From Podospora anserina (taxonomy: Eukaryota), in assembly GCA_017654855.1 (NCBI GenBank), contig CM030332.1:3162001-3226000 (forward strand): a DNA stretch of 64,000 bases, read 5' to 3'. Shown one piece after another: positions 37,888-50,500 of the stretch; the first letter of the stretch is position 1; every line of letters begins with the position of its first letter. A program made the position numbers and the translations under genes. Under the pieces are notes generated by a model that had not been told where the DNA came from, made no database searches, and was given only the letters and a program-made list of their open reading frames with translations.

Positions 37888-38934
37888 TTAAAAAGCCATC
37901 TGCTTCTTGATGGACTGGATGGCCTGGCCGGGGTTGAGACCCTTAGGGCATGTCCTTGTGCAGTTGAGAATGGTGTGGCAGCGGTACAAGCTCATCGAGT
38001 TGTTAAGGGCATCCTGGCGCTGGAGCGTCTTCTCGTCACGGGAATCGACAAGCCATCTGTAGGACTGGAGAAGGATGGCGGGGCCGAGGTACTCCTCCGA
38101 ATTCCACCAGTATGAAGGGCACGAGGTCGAGCAGCACGCGCAGAGAATGCACTCGTAAAGACCGTCGAGCTTCTTGCGGTCCGCCTTGGTCTGTCTGTAC
38201 TCCCTTCCCTGTTTATCGTGTCAGTCGTCGTCTGCCGGAACACTCGGGGACATCTCAAAAATCGCGGGCAGCCTTACATCTGGGGCAGGGGTATCTCTTT
38301 GCAGGTAGGGCTTAATGGACTTGTACTGCTTGTAGAACTGGGTGAGATCGGGAACGAGATCCTTGACGACGTAGGTGTGCGGCAGAGGGTAGATCTTCAT
38401 GTCGGCCTTGTCCTCGTTGGGGATGCGGCCTGTCGCGTATATATCAGCATCCACATGCGCTTTCTCAAAATCCTTGCTTGCTCCTCAGCCCCTCCTCCTC
38501 CTCCTCCTCCCACCCCCACCATATCTCAACTTCAAGGACTTGGACATACACAAGCAAGCCAGGGTGTTGGTGCCGTTGATGTTCATGGCGCAAGAGCCGC
38601 AGATACCCTCTCTGCAGCTGCGGCGGAAGGTGAGGGTAGGGTCGATCTCGTTCTTGATGCGGATGAGGGCGTCGAGAACCATGGGGCCGGTCTTGTTAAG
38701 ATCGAGGGTGTAGGACTGCATCTTGGGCTTCTCGGAGGGCTGGTCGGGGTTCCAGCGGTAGATCTGGAAGGTCTTGAGGTTGGCCTGCTCGGAAGCCGTG
38801 TTGTTCTGCTGGGCGGCGTCGGCGAGCTGGGCCATGCCGCGGAAGGCAGACGGGGCGGCGGCGGCCATGCGAAGCGAAGGCCTCGCGGCGGCGGCGCCCA
38901 AGAGAGCAGAAGCGGTAGAGCGGAGAGCGGCCAT
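37888..38934 (-). CDS. SDH2: Succinate dehydrogenase iron-sulfur subunit
   Basis: Mitochondrial presequence; [53 protein letters not shown]. Introns 38549-38430 and 38277-38209. Confidence 0.98.
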
Positions 38935-39138
38935 TGTCGTCGACGTCGGCTTCGGGGTGGCTGTGGTGGTGGTGCTAGGACCGGGTATCAAGTATCAAGG
39001 GGATAGAAATAAGGAAAAAAGGCCTCGGAAAAGGCAACAGCAACGGGCTGTGGTTGAAGTTGGTGGTGGCACTGAATTGGTAGTAGAGGGTCATCAATCT
39101 TCACATTCGGTTTCCCGGAACACCTCGGCAAATTCTGA

Positions 39139-39158
39139 CCAATCGTTGCCACCGAATT
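39139..39158 (+). promoter_or_regulatory. CCAAT-N12-ATT element (CBC:HapX-type bipartite site) in SDH2 promoter
   Basis: CCAAT CGTTGCCACCGA ATT matches CSAAT-N12-RWT, about 205 bp upstream of the SDH2 ATG. Confidence 0.5.
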
Positions 39159-39573
39159 TCAATTGAAGCAACCGCGTCCACTGCCGTCCACGCCCGAGGA
39201 CTCGCCTAAAGGAGCATAGCTGCTTATGTAACGCCCGTTTTGCAACTGTTTGAACTCTTTAAACTTTTGGGCGGCTCCAATTGCCACGGCCGAAAACGTC
39301 ACTGCTTTCCGCGATCTGTCCAGCCCACGTCCCGATCTGGATGACTGGACAATGACGGCTCGAACAGCACATTCAGATCAAATTTTCCGACTGTTGAGTT
39401 GCGCCACTTGCATAAGAGCTGTATGGCCCCTGCGTGAGTCCATATAGCAGTTGTATGAGAAGTCATGAAGATATCGTGAGATAGTCCCACCCATTAGGAC
39501 CACATACCTAAACTCATATGCAATGAGATGATATAAACCCAACAAAGAAAAAAAGACAAAAACATACCCTGCA

Positions 39574-40461
39574 TCAGTCCTTCCACTTCTCCTCTCCAGG
39601 ATCCCACCCCAAAACTTCCGGCTCAATATTCAAACTTTTCAACATCATGAGCATCGTAAAGCCCTCCGTATCATCCCCCTCCTCCCCTTTTTGTTCATCC
39701 TCTTCACAATCCTCCCCCTCAAGCTCACCCCTGTAACCCTCCCTCTCCTCCTCCTCCTCCCCTCCCACCCCCTTTTTATCCTCCCCATCCCAATCCCCAA
39801 ACCTCCTCTTCCTACTCTCCCTCCAAGCCCCCCCGCCCCCCATCCCATCCACCCTCCCCTTGACAACCTCAAACAACTCCTCCGCCGCCAACCTACTCGC
39901 CCCCTTCCACTTCCCAACCAACTCGCTCAGCTCAGCATCAACCTCCTCCCCAGGCCTCTTCCTCCGCGAGGCCTCCTCAATCCTCTTAGCCTGCCTCACC
40001 CGCTCAAGCTCCTTCTCCACCTTCTTCATCTGTGCATCCAACTCCCTATGAGAGCGCTGGATTCGTTGCAATAATTCATCTCCCTCATTAGTAGACCTAG
40101 CAGTGTCCTGCTGCCGCTGCTTAAACGGAAAAGGCGTCGACACGGACTTGAAGCTTTTCTGGAGAAGCAACGGTCTCCGGGCGGCAGCGCTGTTCGTCCC
40201 CAGCCTAAGGGGTGACGGATTGCCTGGTCGCGAGGGGGTTGCTGGGATTGATGATGATGTTGGTGGGCGAGAAAAGCTGTCGATAGAGCGGCGAGACAGA
40301 CTTTGTGATGCTTGTGTCGGGGTCGCATTGCTGGTGGTTGTGGATGGACTCTGCCGGTTGATCATTGGTGATCTGAACGGCTTCTTAAGAGTCGCATTCG
40401 CGGCGTCCACGCGCCGGCGTTTGGCCGAGGGGATGTTGGGGGTGTTTTGTGATGAGGCCAT
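39574..40461 (-). CDS. SFR1: Sfr1/Mei5-family recombination mediator
   Basis: TLKKPFRSP, coiled coil, ELSELVGKWKGASRLAAEELF, FTMLMMLKSLNI..LGWD C-terminus. Confidence 0.75.
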   Translation of the reverse strand: MASSQNTPNIPSAKRRRVDAANATLKKPFRSPMINRQSPSTTTSNATPTQASQSLSRRSIDSFSRPPTSSSIPATPSRPGNPSPLRLGTNSAAARRPLLLQKSFKSVSTPFPFKQRQQDTARSTNEGDELLQRIQRSHRELDAQMKKVEKELERVRQAKRIEEASRRKRPGEEVDAELSELVGKWKGASRLAAEELFEVVKGRVDGMGGGGAWRESRKRRFGDWDGEDKKGVGGEEEEEREGYRGELEGEDCEEDEQKGEEGDDTEGFTMLMMLKSLNIEPEVLGWDPGEEKWKD

Positions 40462-41140
40462 TGTAAGTTGATAAAAGAGTCGTTATTGGTCGTGATGCGT
40501 TGTTCACTGTTGAGATGAGGCCGATGTTGACGGGTTATTCTAAGTGTTGAGTTGTGTGATGTAAGCAGAAGGTGTAAAACTATTGGAGAGTTTGAACTTG
40601 GAAGGTGCTCAGGCACCGGGAAGGAGGCTTGATGACTGCCTCTCAGCCACGAAAATTGCCAGTTGTAGGAAAGCTAAATGAAATGGTCAGCATCGAGCTG
40701 AGATTGAGAAATGTCAACCCAAGAAGTGATGATGGAATGGCTGGGACTTTGAAGCACACAATATCAAGACCACAAGTAACCCTAACCCTCTCCAACCCTC
40801 ACCATCACCCCTCGACGACTTGCTCTCTTCGTCTGATCTTCAAGCTCCCAGGGACAAGCAGCAATATCTCATACTTCTTTGTCATGTTAAGATTCCAAGA
40901 AGCGTGATCATAGTTAAAATTCAATGCTGTCAGCACAAGTACCTGAGATTATTATATCTGCCCCCCATTCACCACCCATCGACGACGACAACAACTCATC
41001 TCGACCAAGATCCCCCCCAATAATTATTGCAGGCTCTCTTGATATTTACATCCATCAAGAGGCACACATTCCCAGAATAACAAAATGACTTTGAAAAAGA
41101 AAACCAAACTTGGAGGGGTGAATAAGGTAAGAGAAAAGAC

Positions 41141-41270
41141 AAAAAGTGAGCTCGAACGTGCGCCCTCCAGGTAGATACTTGAATGCCCAGATGGTTTTGG
41201 GCGCGACCCGCTTACCGCTGATCCATCTGGTCAACGGGTAGATTTTTAAGGTCTCATTCGGTCACTTGGT
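41141..41270 (-). ncRNA. Candidate Pol III-type structured ncRNA (about 130 nt), family unknown
   Basis: B-box-like GTTCGAGC followed by T5; A-box-like 5' segment; TATA element about 30 nt upstream; 5'/3' ends complementary; internal 8-bp stem. Confidence 0.5.
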
Positions 41271-41627
41271 GACGGAAGGTGCGGCCGAAGCCTTTGTATA
41301 AATACCGTGGTGGAAGGAAGGTGTGGCCGGATGTGTGTAAGGAAGGAGCGGCTGGTTAGTGTACAAGGAAAGAGCGATTGAGTCATGGGCAATTTAAAGA
41401 AGTAACATGAGTAGGAACTCCAAGTGACATGTGTGACTGAGGAAGAGCAACTTCAGTGGGATTGAGAATAGCCAAACACAGGGTGAGAGTGTTTCGGTTA
41501 TCGTGACGAAACACCCACATGTAGCCTCATTGCATATATTCTAGAAGCTAACTATCCTGACAAACCTCATTACTGTGACCATTTCCCGAGTGTGCCAATT
41601 ACATTACCTCTCCAAAGTGGTCACCAC

Positions 41628-43329
41628 TCAATACCCCTGAGCCTCAACAACCCCATACCTCACCAACCCCAACACAGCCCCAAAGATACACGCTACCGGC
41701 GGCTCAACCCCAAACCAAGCACCACCCACGTAGCTTCCCGCCGTAACAACCACCCACCAAGGATCATCCGCCAAACTCTTCCCCTGACTGAACCCCTGAT
41801 CAATCCACCCAATCTGCCACAGTCTATACACGGCCGTGTAAATCAGCCCAACAGCAGCAGCATTCACACCCCTCAACGAGCTCTTCACCCACCTCCACCC
41901 CCTAATCGCACTCCAAAGACCCATGGTCCCATGAACAGTCCACAACCCAGGCAAGAAGATCGCCAAGAAACCCAAAAACCCTCCCAGCACCCCAGAATAC
42001 CCCCCATTAATCGCCGTGAGGGTACCCAAGTAAACAGCAAAGTTGAAATTCGGCCCCGGAAACCCCTGGATAAGCGCCAGCCCAATCAAGAAGTCTCTAG
42101 GGGAAACCCAATTCTCCGCAACGATATACTCCCTCAACAGCGGGATAACCACCGGCCCGCCCCCAAAAATAATCGTACCCGCCAGGTAGAGGTTGCTAAA
42201 CAGCCTATACAGCAACGGGTTCGCCGGGATGAGGCCACGAGTGAGCATAACCGCGATAAACGACGCCAGAAAAGCCACAATCAGCGCCAGCCCTGACTTC
42301 CAGGACATGACGCTGATCTGGTGGCTCCTCGGCACAACCCTCTCCTCTGCCTCTTCCTCCTCCCGTCTGAGCTGCTGTTGCGACTGCCCGTCCGCATTAT
42401 CACCCCCAGTTGAAACCCTCTCCCTGGTCCCCTTCCCATCCTCCTCCCTCACAACCTCCCTCTCCGCCCCCGAACCCCCCGGCACTCGTTGTTCCCTCAA
42501 TTCCACCTCCCTCTCCTCATCCCTGACCTTCCCCTTCTTCACCTTGCTCACAACCCACAAAACCGGCCCATGCAACCACCTAAAATCCCACACCACAGCC
42601 ACCACCCCCGCCGCCAGCATCAAAACGGGAAAGTACCATAGCGCATTGTACAACAACCCGGCCGCCGCGCCCAAATAAACCAACAACCTCGTCAGCTTGT
42701 CCGTAATAGCCTTTTGCGCCAATTGCACAGCTGCCAGAGCAATAATCCCAACAGTAGCCGCGTTGAGGCCAGAAAGCAACGCATAAACCGCACGGGGAAG
42801 TGTTTCTCCAACGTTGGAGATACCAATCGCGAGACCAAACATCCCCAACGCACCGGGGAGCGACCAGAGGAAGAAGGAGAGGACGGCGGGGGGGAAGCCG
42901 AGGCGGAGGAGGTTGATGCAGTAGTGCATTTTTGTCGAGCCGGGGCCGGAGAAGGCTTGGCAGATGGAGAAGAGTTCTTGGTACTATTCACAAACCAAAA
43001 CATTAACAATGACTATCTTAAGGGAAAAGGGGGCGGAATGGGACGTACGACTGTCTCGTCGATCCAGGAGAGTTTGGAGACGTATTTATCATGGAACTAT
43101 TGTCGTTGTTAGTTTATATCTATGATATGGAAATGAGGGGAGGCTTGTAAGGGGTGAAAAGAGGGAAACATACAATCTTGAAATGCACCGGCGGGCCACC
43201 AAAAGAGGTGAACCCCATGTACCAGTTCTCCTTGAAAGAAGTCCACATCCGAGGGCCGATCTCGTCGAGGTTGACAAAGTCTTTGAGACGCCATGTTGTT
43301 GGGTCCCAGCGGTGGGATTTGAGGCCCAT
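41628..43329 (-). CDS. Chromate ion transporter (CHR) family protein
   Basis: GFTSFGGPPVH, YQELFSICQAFSGP, GTIIFGGGPVVIPLL, IQGFPGPNFNF, SLRGVNAAAVGL. Introns 43173-43097 and 43048-42984. Confidence 0.9.
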
Positions 43330-44535
43330 TTTGGGTGGTGGTTGCTGTGTCGGTGGTGGTGATGGTGGTGAATGCGTGTAAGTCAGCGCGTGTAAGTGCC
43401 TTCCCGAATGATCAACCCCTCCAAAGCACCAACACTTTCCCTGTCAAAGAGTGTGAGAAGGTCTGGTGAAAATCAATGTTGATACCCGAGCTGCTCACTC
43501 AAATATATACCCCCCCGTCTTCAACTCCCTTGTTGATCGCCGACCATCAAAGCGAACAAACACAGCAAGCTACCCCCCCACCCCCCCATCCCTATGTCCC
43601 AGATTCCCCTTCCCGTGCGCCAAGCATCGGCATCAAACTCCCCATCCCATTGGCGCGACACCCATGACGCCAGAGCACGTGTACACTTCCCCAATCCCAT
43701 TGGCCAATTCTCAACACCACAACTTGTCATACACTTTCGGCGAGATGGTTTAGGAAAGGCTCAAAATCAAATCAAAACGTCGGTATTGATACAAGGCTGA
43801 TGATGATATCTTTCTGTCTCTCTCTGTGTGGATGTGTCTCTCTGCTGTGAACCACAAAAGTCCCCAAAAACACCCAAAAAACCCCAAAGGAATATGTACC
43901 AGTAGAAGCGAACGACACACACACACACACACACAACCACAACGACAACAACCCATAACGTACACACATTTCCTTCCGTCCATCTCCCCAAACCAACGTG
44001 CCATACCAGCTAGCACTGTTTTCCATCCATCCATCCAAAAAAAGACACGCTGATTTCCTCCCAGTTGAATAATTCGCAACACAGACGCTTCCCATCAAAC
44101 CCCCCAACCAACCCCCTGATCCAATCCAACCAACCCTCATAATATACAACATTGCTTCGCTTCTTCCCTCGCATCATACATCCGATAGTTTTGCTTGTTC
44201 TTCAACTCCGAGATCTGTGTCATCCCTCCGATGTTGAATGTTTGTGTTGTTCCTGCCCCCCTTTCAACTCTCCAAAAAAAAAAAAAAAAAACGAAAAAAA
44301 CCAAAAAAAAACCAAACGAACAAACGCCAACCATTGTTCATCTCTCTCAAAACATGCTCCTTATCCCAAAACAAACCCTTTAAACCCCAAGGTCCCAACC
44401 AAAACCAAACCAACCCTAGATGCTGATTTTTAAGCCGGCTTTTTGTAACCCGAAAACAGAAGCTCCGCAAAGCATTCTCCAAACAAACAAATGAAAAGGT
44501 TAATGTGTTCACTTTCACTAGGCATCGTGAACCTC

Positions 44536-47500
44536 TCAGTGGTGTCGCTTGCTAACAGGCATATGCCCATCATAATCCCACCCTCGCTTCAGCCCACCCC
44601 CAGCCTCGTACACGCTCGCCACCGATTCCTGCCACATGGCCGGTGTGACAAAGTTCTGCACCGGGGCCACGGCGGCCGAATACTGCGCTGCTGCCGCCGG
44701 CATGGGCTGCTGCTGCTGTGCAGCTGTCCTAAGCTGCGCCTGCACCGCGTGCATGTCGTGTATGCTCGCCGTGTCCGAGGCGCCGGATGAAGCGCTCATC
44801 GCACCACCACCACCACCACCACCACCCTGTCCCCCTGTTGGTGACGACTGGACTGGAGGGGTGCCGAAAGAGGTGTTCCATTGGCTATGAAACAGTCAGT
44901 ACAACTACCACTGGTGGTTCCCTCAGTTGTGTCACTTACTCAAAAATCCGCGACGGGTTCCACGCAGGCGGCGCCTCTGCCAAAGCCAACGACGACTGCG
45001 GCACGGCGGCCGGTGCCTGAGCGCCATGGCCGGAAGGCATCATTCCGAGCGACTGTACACCGGGGGAGGAGTCACTCTTGCTGTCCAGCGGGCCGACGGT
45101 GGAGATGGGTGTGATGGGGAGGCTGTAACTAACTTGCGAGTGTGGCACCTGCGTGTCCAAGAGCCTGGGCCCGGGCGGGCTGGGGTGCGAGTTGGAATGC
45201 GGGCTGCCGTACGGGAAGCTGGGCTTCAGCACGAACGGCTTCCGGACGTCCGCAGAAAAGGCCTCCCGCACCGAGTCGATCTGCCTCTGCATGTCCGGCA
45301 TGGGCCACGAGCTCATGCACTTTTCCAGGATCCTCATGTGGCGCGTAAAGTACTCCCTGGCTTCCGAGTTCAGGTCTGGGTCTGGTGATGTCAAGGCAAC
45401 CTGTACGTAGCAAGCTTGTCAGCAAAAAGAAGTTCAAAGCATTTGGCATATGAAAGGGTCGGCGTACGAGGTGTAGGACAATGCATGCGAGCACCGCGTA
45501 AATGGTAAAGTTGATGCCCCGCTGCATGCACAGCAGTCCGTTCAGTCCGTACGCGCCCATGACAGCCTCCTGGAGTCTGCACAGCATCTTGGCTGCGTTG
45601 TACGACACCAGCATGTGATGTTTCCATTGGCCCCCTGGCGTGGAAGGGGACAAGAAGGCGAGCTGAGGCCTGTTGAACAGGATAATCGACAAGTAGTAGT
45701 ACGAATGGACGTTGCCGACAAAAGCTGAAGGCAGCCACGGCGGTGAGCCGTTGGCTGGATAAGTTATCGACATGTCTGCCGGTATCTCAGCCAACCAAGC
45801 ATCGAGAGCCGGGCTGATCTGGACGAAATCGGGATCGAGGCCCCATTCCTTGACCTCCTTGCTCTTCTTCAACCGCCCGTACACCACCACCATGCGGCTG
45901 ACGTTGCGAACCACTCTGGCGAGGTAGGTGAAGTTGCGCGAAACGTGGTACTCGGATTCATCTTGGTTGGGTAGCAGCCTCGGCACGTTGAAGTCCACCG
46001 TGTCCTCCTCGACCTGAAAATCGGTTCGCCCTACTCTACTCGTCAGCTTTCTATGCGCAGCACAAACCACAGGTATCGCTCTGCCGTGTTGCCATACCCT
46101 GAGGAGAACCAATCATCATCTCCACCATGAATAATGTCTGCCAAATTCTCGTCTTCAGGGCACACTCGGATGGGCTCGACCCACAAGACCTGCCGTGTCG
46201 GTGGTCTCCGTAATGCTCATCTAATCCCAAGTCCTTGCCCAACTGGACACACTGCTCGATGCTCATCCATGAACGGTAATAGTAGCCTCGCTTCGGTGCC
46301 GATTCGCGGGCCTTCAGAAGAATCATGAGTGCCTGTAGCGTGCTGAGGCGAGGGATATCCATGAAAGAGTCGGCGTGGCGGGTGGCGAGCGCGAGCCACT
46401 GTTGCCCTTGGGCCGGTTCGTCTGCTAACCGGCCCGAGATGGCAAACATGGCTTCCAAAAGAAGGGGCGATATCGATTCCCTGTTGTCGTGCCACTGTTG
46501 ATAGAAGTGGGCTTTATCCAGAACGGGCACATAAGGATGGGCATTCGTAAAGTACAGGTCCAGGTACTGAAGGACGGTGTCGTCGTCGGGCATAAGCTCT
46601 GGCGGAATTCGAATTTTGGATCCTCCCAAACCAGCTGTGAGTGGTGGCAACAAACTCTTGTATTCGTCGCCCTCCTCCACGACGGGATCTTCTTCCCTCA
46701 TCGATTGCATCTTGCTGTTTAGATAGGGCGCTGTCCCTGCCTCGTTAACCTTCAAGGACCCTAACAGGTCGGCCAAGTCTTGTTGTGCATATTCTGACTG
46801 GTAGGTGTCCGCCGGAGATGCTGGATGTGATGGCTGTTGCATCGGCGGTGTTGGAAATGCGGCCTGGGCGCCATACTGGTGATCCACAACATTGACAGCA
46901 CTGACGGCGTGATGCACAGGTTGATATTGTAGATTGTGAGGGACTGTCTGAGAATCGGAATACTGGACCGCATGGTAAAGGGCTGATGTGTCCTGGTAGG
47001 ATGTCTGCGGCGCATAGAGGTTAGGTTTTGGTGCATGTCCTAGGAGCTGTTGTTGATCTTGTAGTGGTAGTGGCTGTCGGAAACCCTCATGCACATGCGA
47101 GGTCTCAAACTGGGATCGTGGTGGTTCGTAGACCTGAGGTTCAGACGACCCGTCGAAGCCGTTCGGACGAACACAGACAAGTTTCAGGCGTATGCATGCT
47201 GAGCAGGGCCAGGTGTTTGTGGTGGCAGCGTCACACTTGATCTTTCTCCTCCGGCATCCCTCGCAAGCTCTCATCACTGTATGCGCGAGTCAGTTTGATA
47301 CATGGGGGGGCACTAGCGGGGGATGAGCGCTGATCCCATACCCTTCAACCGCTTGTGACGGTTATGTTCGTCCACAAAGACATAGTCTAGCTCAACGGTC
47401 AGATAACAGAACCAAAAAAAGGGGAGGGAGGGGCGCACTCTTTTGCGTCTCTCGTGGTTGCTGCTGATAAGCCGGAGGCGCAAAGCTGAAGCTCCCCATC

Positions 47501-47547
47501 TGCGAGTTTTGAGGGAGCAGCCGGCGCACTGTAGGGTCGTTGGACAT
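44536..47547 (-). CDS. Zn(II)2Cys6 transcription factor with fungal-specific TF middle domain
   Basis: RHKRLKVMRACEGCRRRKIKC...WPCSACIRLKLVC; YF..AHPYVPVL; RIWQTLF. 5 introns (47438-47387, 47341-47277, 46097-46031, 45467-45401, 44939-44885). Confidence 0.93.
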
Positions 47548-50500
47548 GGTGGTGGTGGTAGTGATGATGATGAACGGTGGGATAAAGCGTCTTGCGCAGA
47601 CGTTCGCAGCTATGCGCTGATGATGGACGAGAGAAGGCGACTCCACATTCAAGTCATCCGATGATAGAGGGCAAAAAGCAATGCGCGCACAGCCGTGGTA
47701 TCGGGTCGCTGGGTCGAGGTGGGCGGCCGGCGCAGGGTTGGCGTGTGCGTCTCCAGTGAGCAGTGGGCAGTGAGCAGTGGTCCAATGTCGAGGCGGCAAA
47801 GGAGGGGGAGGCGAGATCTCTCTTCTCGACCACAGCACAGCAGCGGCAACAAGTTCAAGCAGTAGGCAGACAGACGTAGTGGTAGTAGCAGGAGTGAAAG
47901 CGTGTGTGTGTGAGTGGACGTCGAGGGGATTTTAGCCAAACGCGTGTACAGAGTGATTGTCCTGATGCCCTGGTCGGCGAAGACGAGCTAGTAATAAGGG
48001 TGGTCCCAGGACCTCCTGGACGTCGAGCGAAGGGGTAACCCTGCCCAAAGGACCCGGCACGTCCTGTCTTGATCAGGACCTCCACAGCACACCTGCAGGT
48101 GCACGAATCTGACAAGCTCGCTATGGGGAATTTCCCTCAGCGTGAGAGGGCCCCCAGGAACTGAGGGAGATACTGTAGGGTATGTAATCGAAAGCGAGCT
48201 GCTGTTGCTGTCGCTGTGTAGGCGGAGAGTTGGCAAGAGCCAGTTCAGACTTTGCGCAGCGAGTACGAAACAGTGCGGCGCAGACAAGCGTCCCCCTCAC
48301 AGACCAGCAGTGTCTCTGATAATGATGCTTGTGATATTGGCATGAACAAGGCCGGCCGTTCAGAAAATGCAAAAAAATGCAGTTCATTTCCAGAGAAGCT
48401 AGTGTAGGTGTATCTAGCTAGCTGTGCTAATTCAAGAGTGGCCAACCTCACAGGCAACACACTCCAAGGCAGGAGGACGGGAGGAGGAGGGGTAGAGTGA
48501 AGACATCAGGGGCGTTGGGATAAAGAACAGCCCGCGTCTCCAGGTCTCCCCTCGAGTGTGGATGGCAAACCGGGGACCCCCAGGGTTTTCCCATCTTTTT
48601 CCAGGTTGACCGCACGAGCCACCCCCAAGCCAGGGTCTCGGAATCTCCAGTGGAAGGCCGCTGTGTGTGAATCGAGCATTGCTTGTCCACTTGTCGTCCA
48701 TCGTCCCTAAATTGCTGGATATCCACCCACTAACACCAAATCGTTGCTTTGCATATCGCGGCAGTTCGCGCACGTCGACCACCTCTTTTTTCTCCTCGGT
48801 CGATGACGGGAACAGTCTTTCTGTACTGACATCATGTCTTGCTGAGAGCATGCTCTCGTAATTTTCGGACTTAGGAGATATCGCCCCTCTATTTTCGTGC
48901 CACGTTCCCAAGTCGTTTCTCGTTCCTCGTTTAGGTTCTCGTTTTCCCGTCCTTGGTTTCCCCATGGCCACACCGTATTTGCTGGCTTCCTCGATGGCCC
49001 CGCGCCGATCCCCATGGTCCGGCGCCCGTGGTGGACAAGCGGTACCTTAACAAGCAGGATTCCACCATGCTTGGCTTGGGAAGGACAAGGAAACGCACCG
49101 CAACGCGACAATTCTGCTGAGCTACACAGTATTACACGACAGGTGCCGTCGCCAGGGACAGTGAGTGGCATGGCATGGCATGGCGAGGCTGGGCGACGTA
49201 AGCGGGGTGGCAGCCGCAGCACACTCGCATGCAATGTGCGATTGCAGCGCAGTCAGCCCGGTAACGTGGGGAGCCCATTACCGTGCCGCCTGCCCCTGGC
49301 GGGAACGGGTAAGCCCCAGGCTAACGACACATCATTCATGCGATATAAAGTACAACCAGTTTCTAGGAAAACCACGGCTTGTCCGTTGTTTAATGAGTAG
49401 ATTGCCTTTTCAGCGTGCCCAATGGCTGAATCAATGAGCTCGTATGCTCATGGCAACAGTGCCACAGCAATACCGCAGACTACCCTACACCGAGGCCCGC
49501 CGAGGGCGTGCCTCTGACGCCTGGTGCTGCAAGCCAGTCTCTGGGCGCTGCGTGACTGACAGTTGCGGACAGGAGGAAACAGGCTAGCGAGAACCGAGCA
49601 GCCGTCATCCAATCTTGACAAATGAGAGTTGCAGCGCCCTCTTGCCACGACGTATCCCCAAAAGCACCGCGATACCGCCAGAAAACAGTCTCACGGACAC
49701 TTCCGGGCGGAGACGGTTATTCCTCGTGGGCCGTCAGGGTAGTCCTTCCGTGACTCTGGGCGAGCCTGGTGACCCCTGAAGCGCGTGGTGTCTGGGTGCT
49801 GAAACACATCGCGAACCTTCCTTCAAACATCACAACACATGTCAGGGGAAGCCATGGGGGAAGCGGTGAGCTCCACTGACACGCCCTCACCAGCACTCTG
49901 CGCCAGCAGCGTCTCTCTTCCCCTCACACAAATCTTGCGCAAGAAAAGACGGCAATGGCCGTGACGTGAGGTGGTTGTCTGGGAGTTGGGCCCGCGAGAC
50001 TATCCGAACCCAGTGGCTGGGCATCGCAAGCCCTTGCCCGTCACCGTTTTCGATGGAGATGCCCAGCATGCGGATATACTGCGGGAGAATTAAACCTCCT
50101 TCTCTTTCGAGCCCGAAAAACACGTGCAGATGTGCACACGCACGATATCGACCTGCCTCCTTCTGAAGCCTTTCATCATTCCGTCAAGGCGGACCCTGGT
50201 CAAGGAACCTGTCAGTTGATCGTCTTTGACAAATGATGGATGCAAGTCGGTCCTCGTTTTCTGTAGATCGATCTTACCAAGATAGCGTACCACGATGTTG
50301 CCTTGCTATTGTTGATGAGTCTACTGTGGTCCAATGGCTAGTGTATTCGTGCAGCATGCTCCGTAACCCAAGAATCAACATGGATCGTTTCGGTGTGTGG
50401 TCTCGCCCATCCCATGTCTTATCACATGCTCATGTTCTAGACGCGAAGGGGTGGGGCGGTGACAACGCTCTCCAGATCGAGAGCATGCCGAGGGACGGAG

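Noticed and set aside
41146..41232. tRNA gene interpretation of the B-box element
   Set aside because: No acceptor stem, T-stem or anticodon arm in cloverleaf geometry; kept as a non-tRNA ncRNA candidate.
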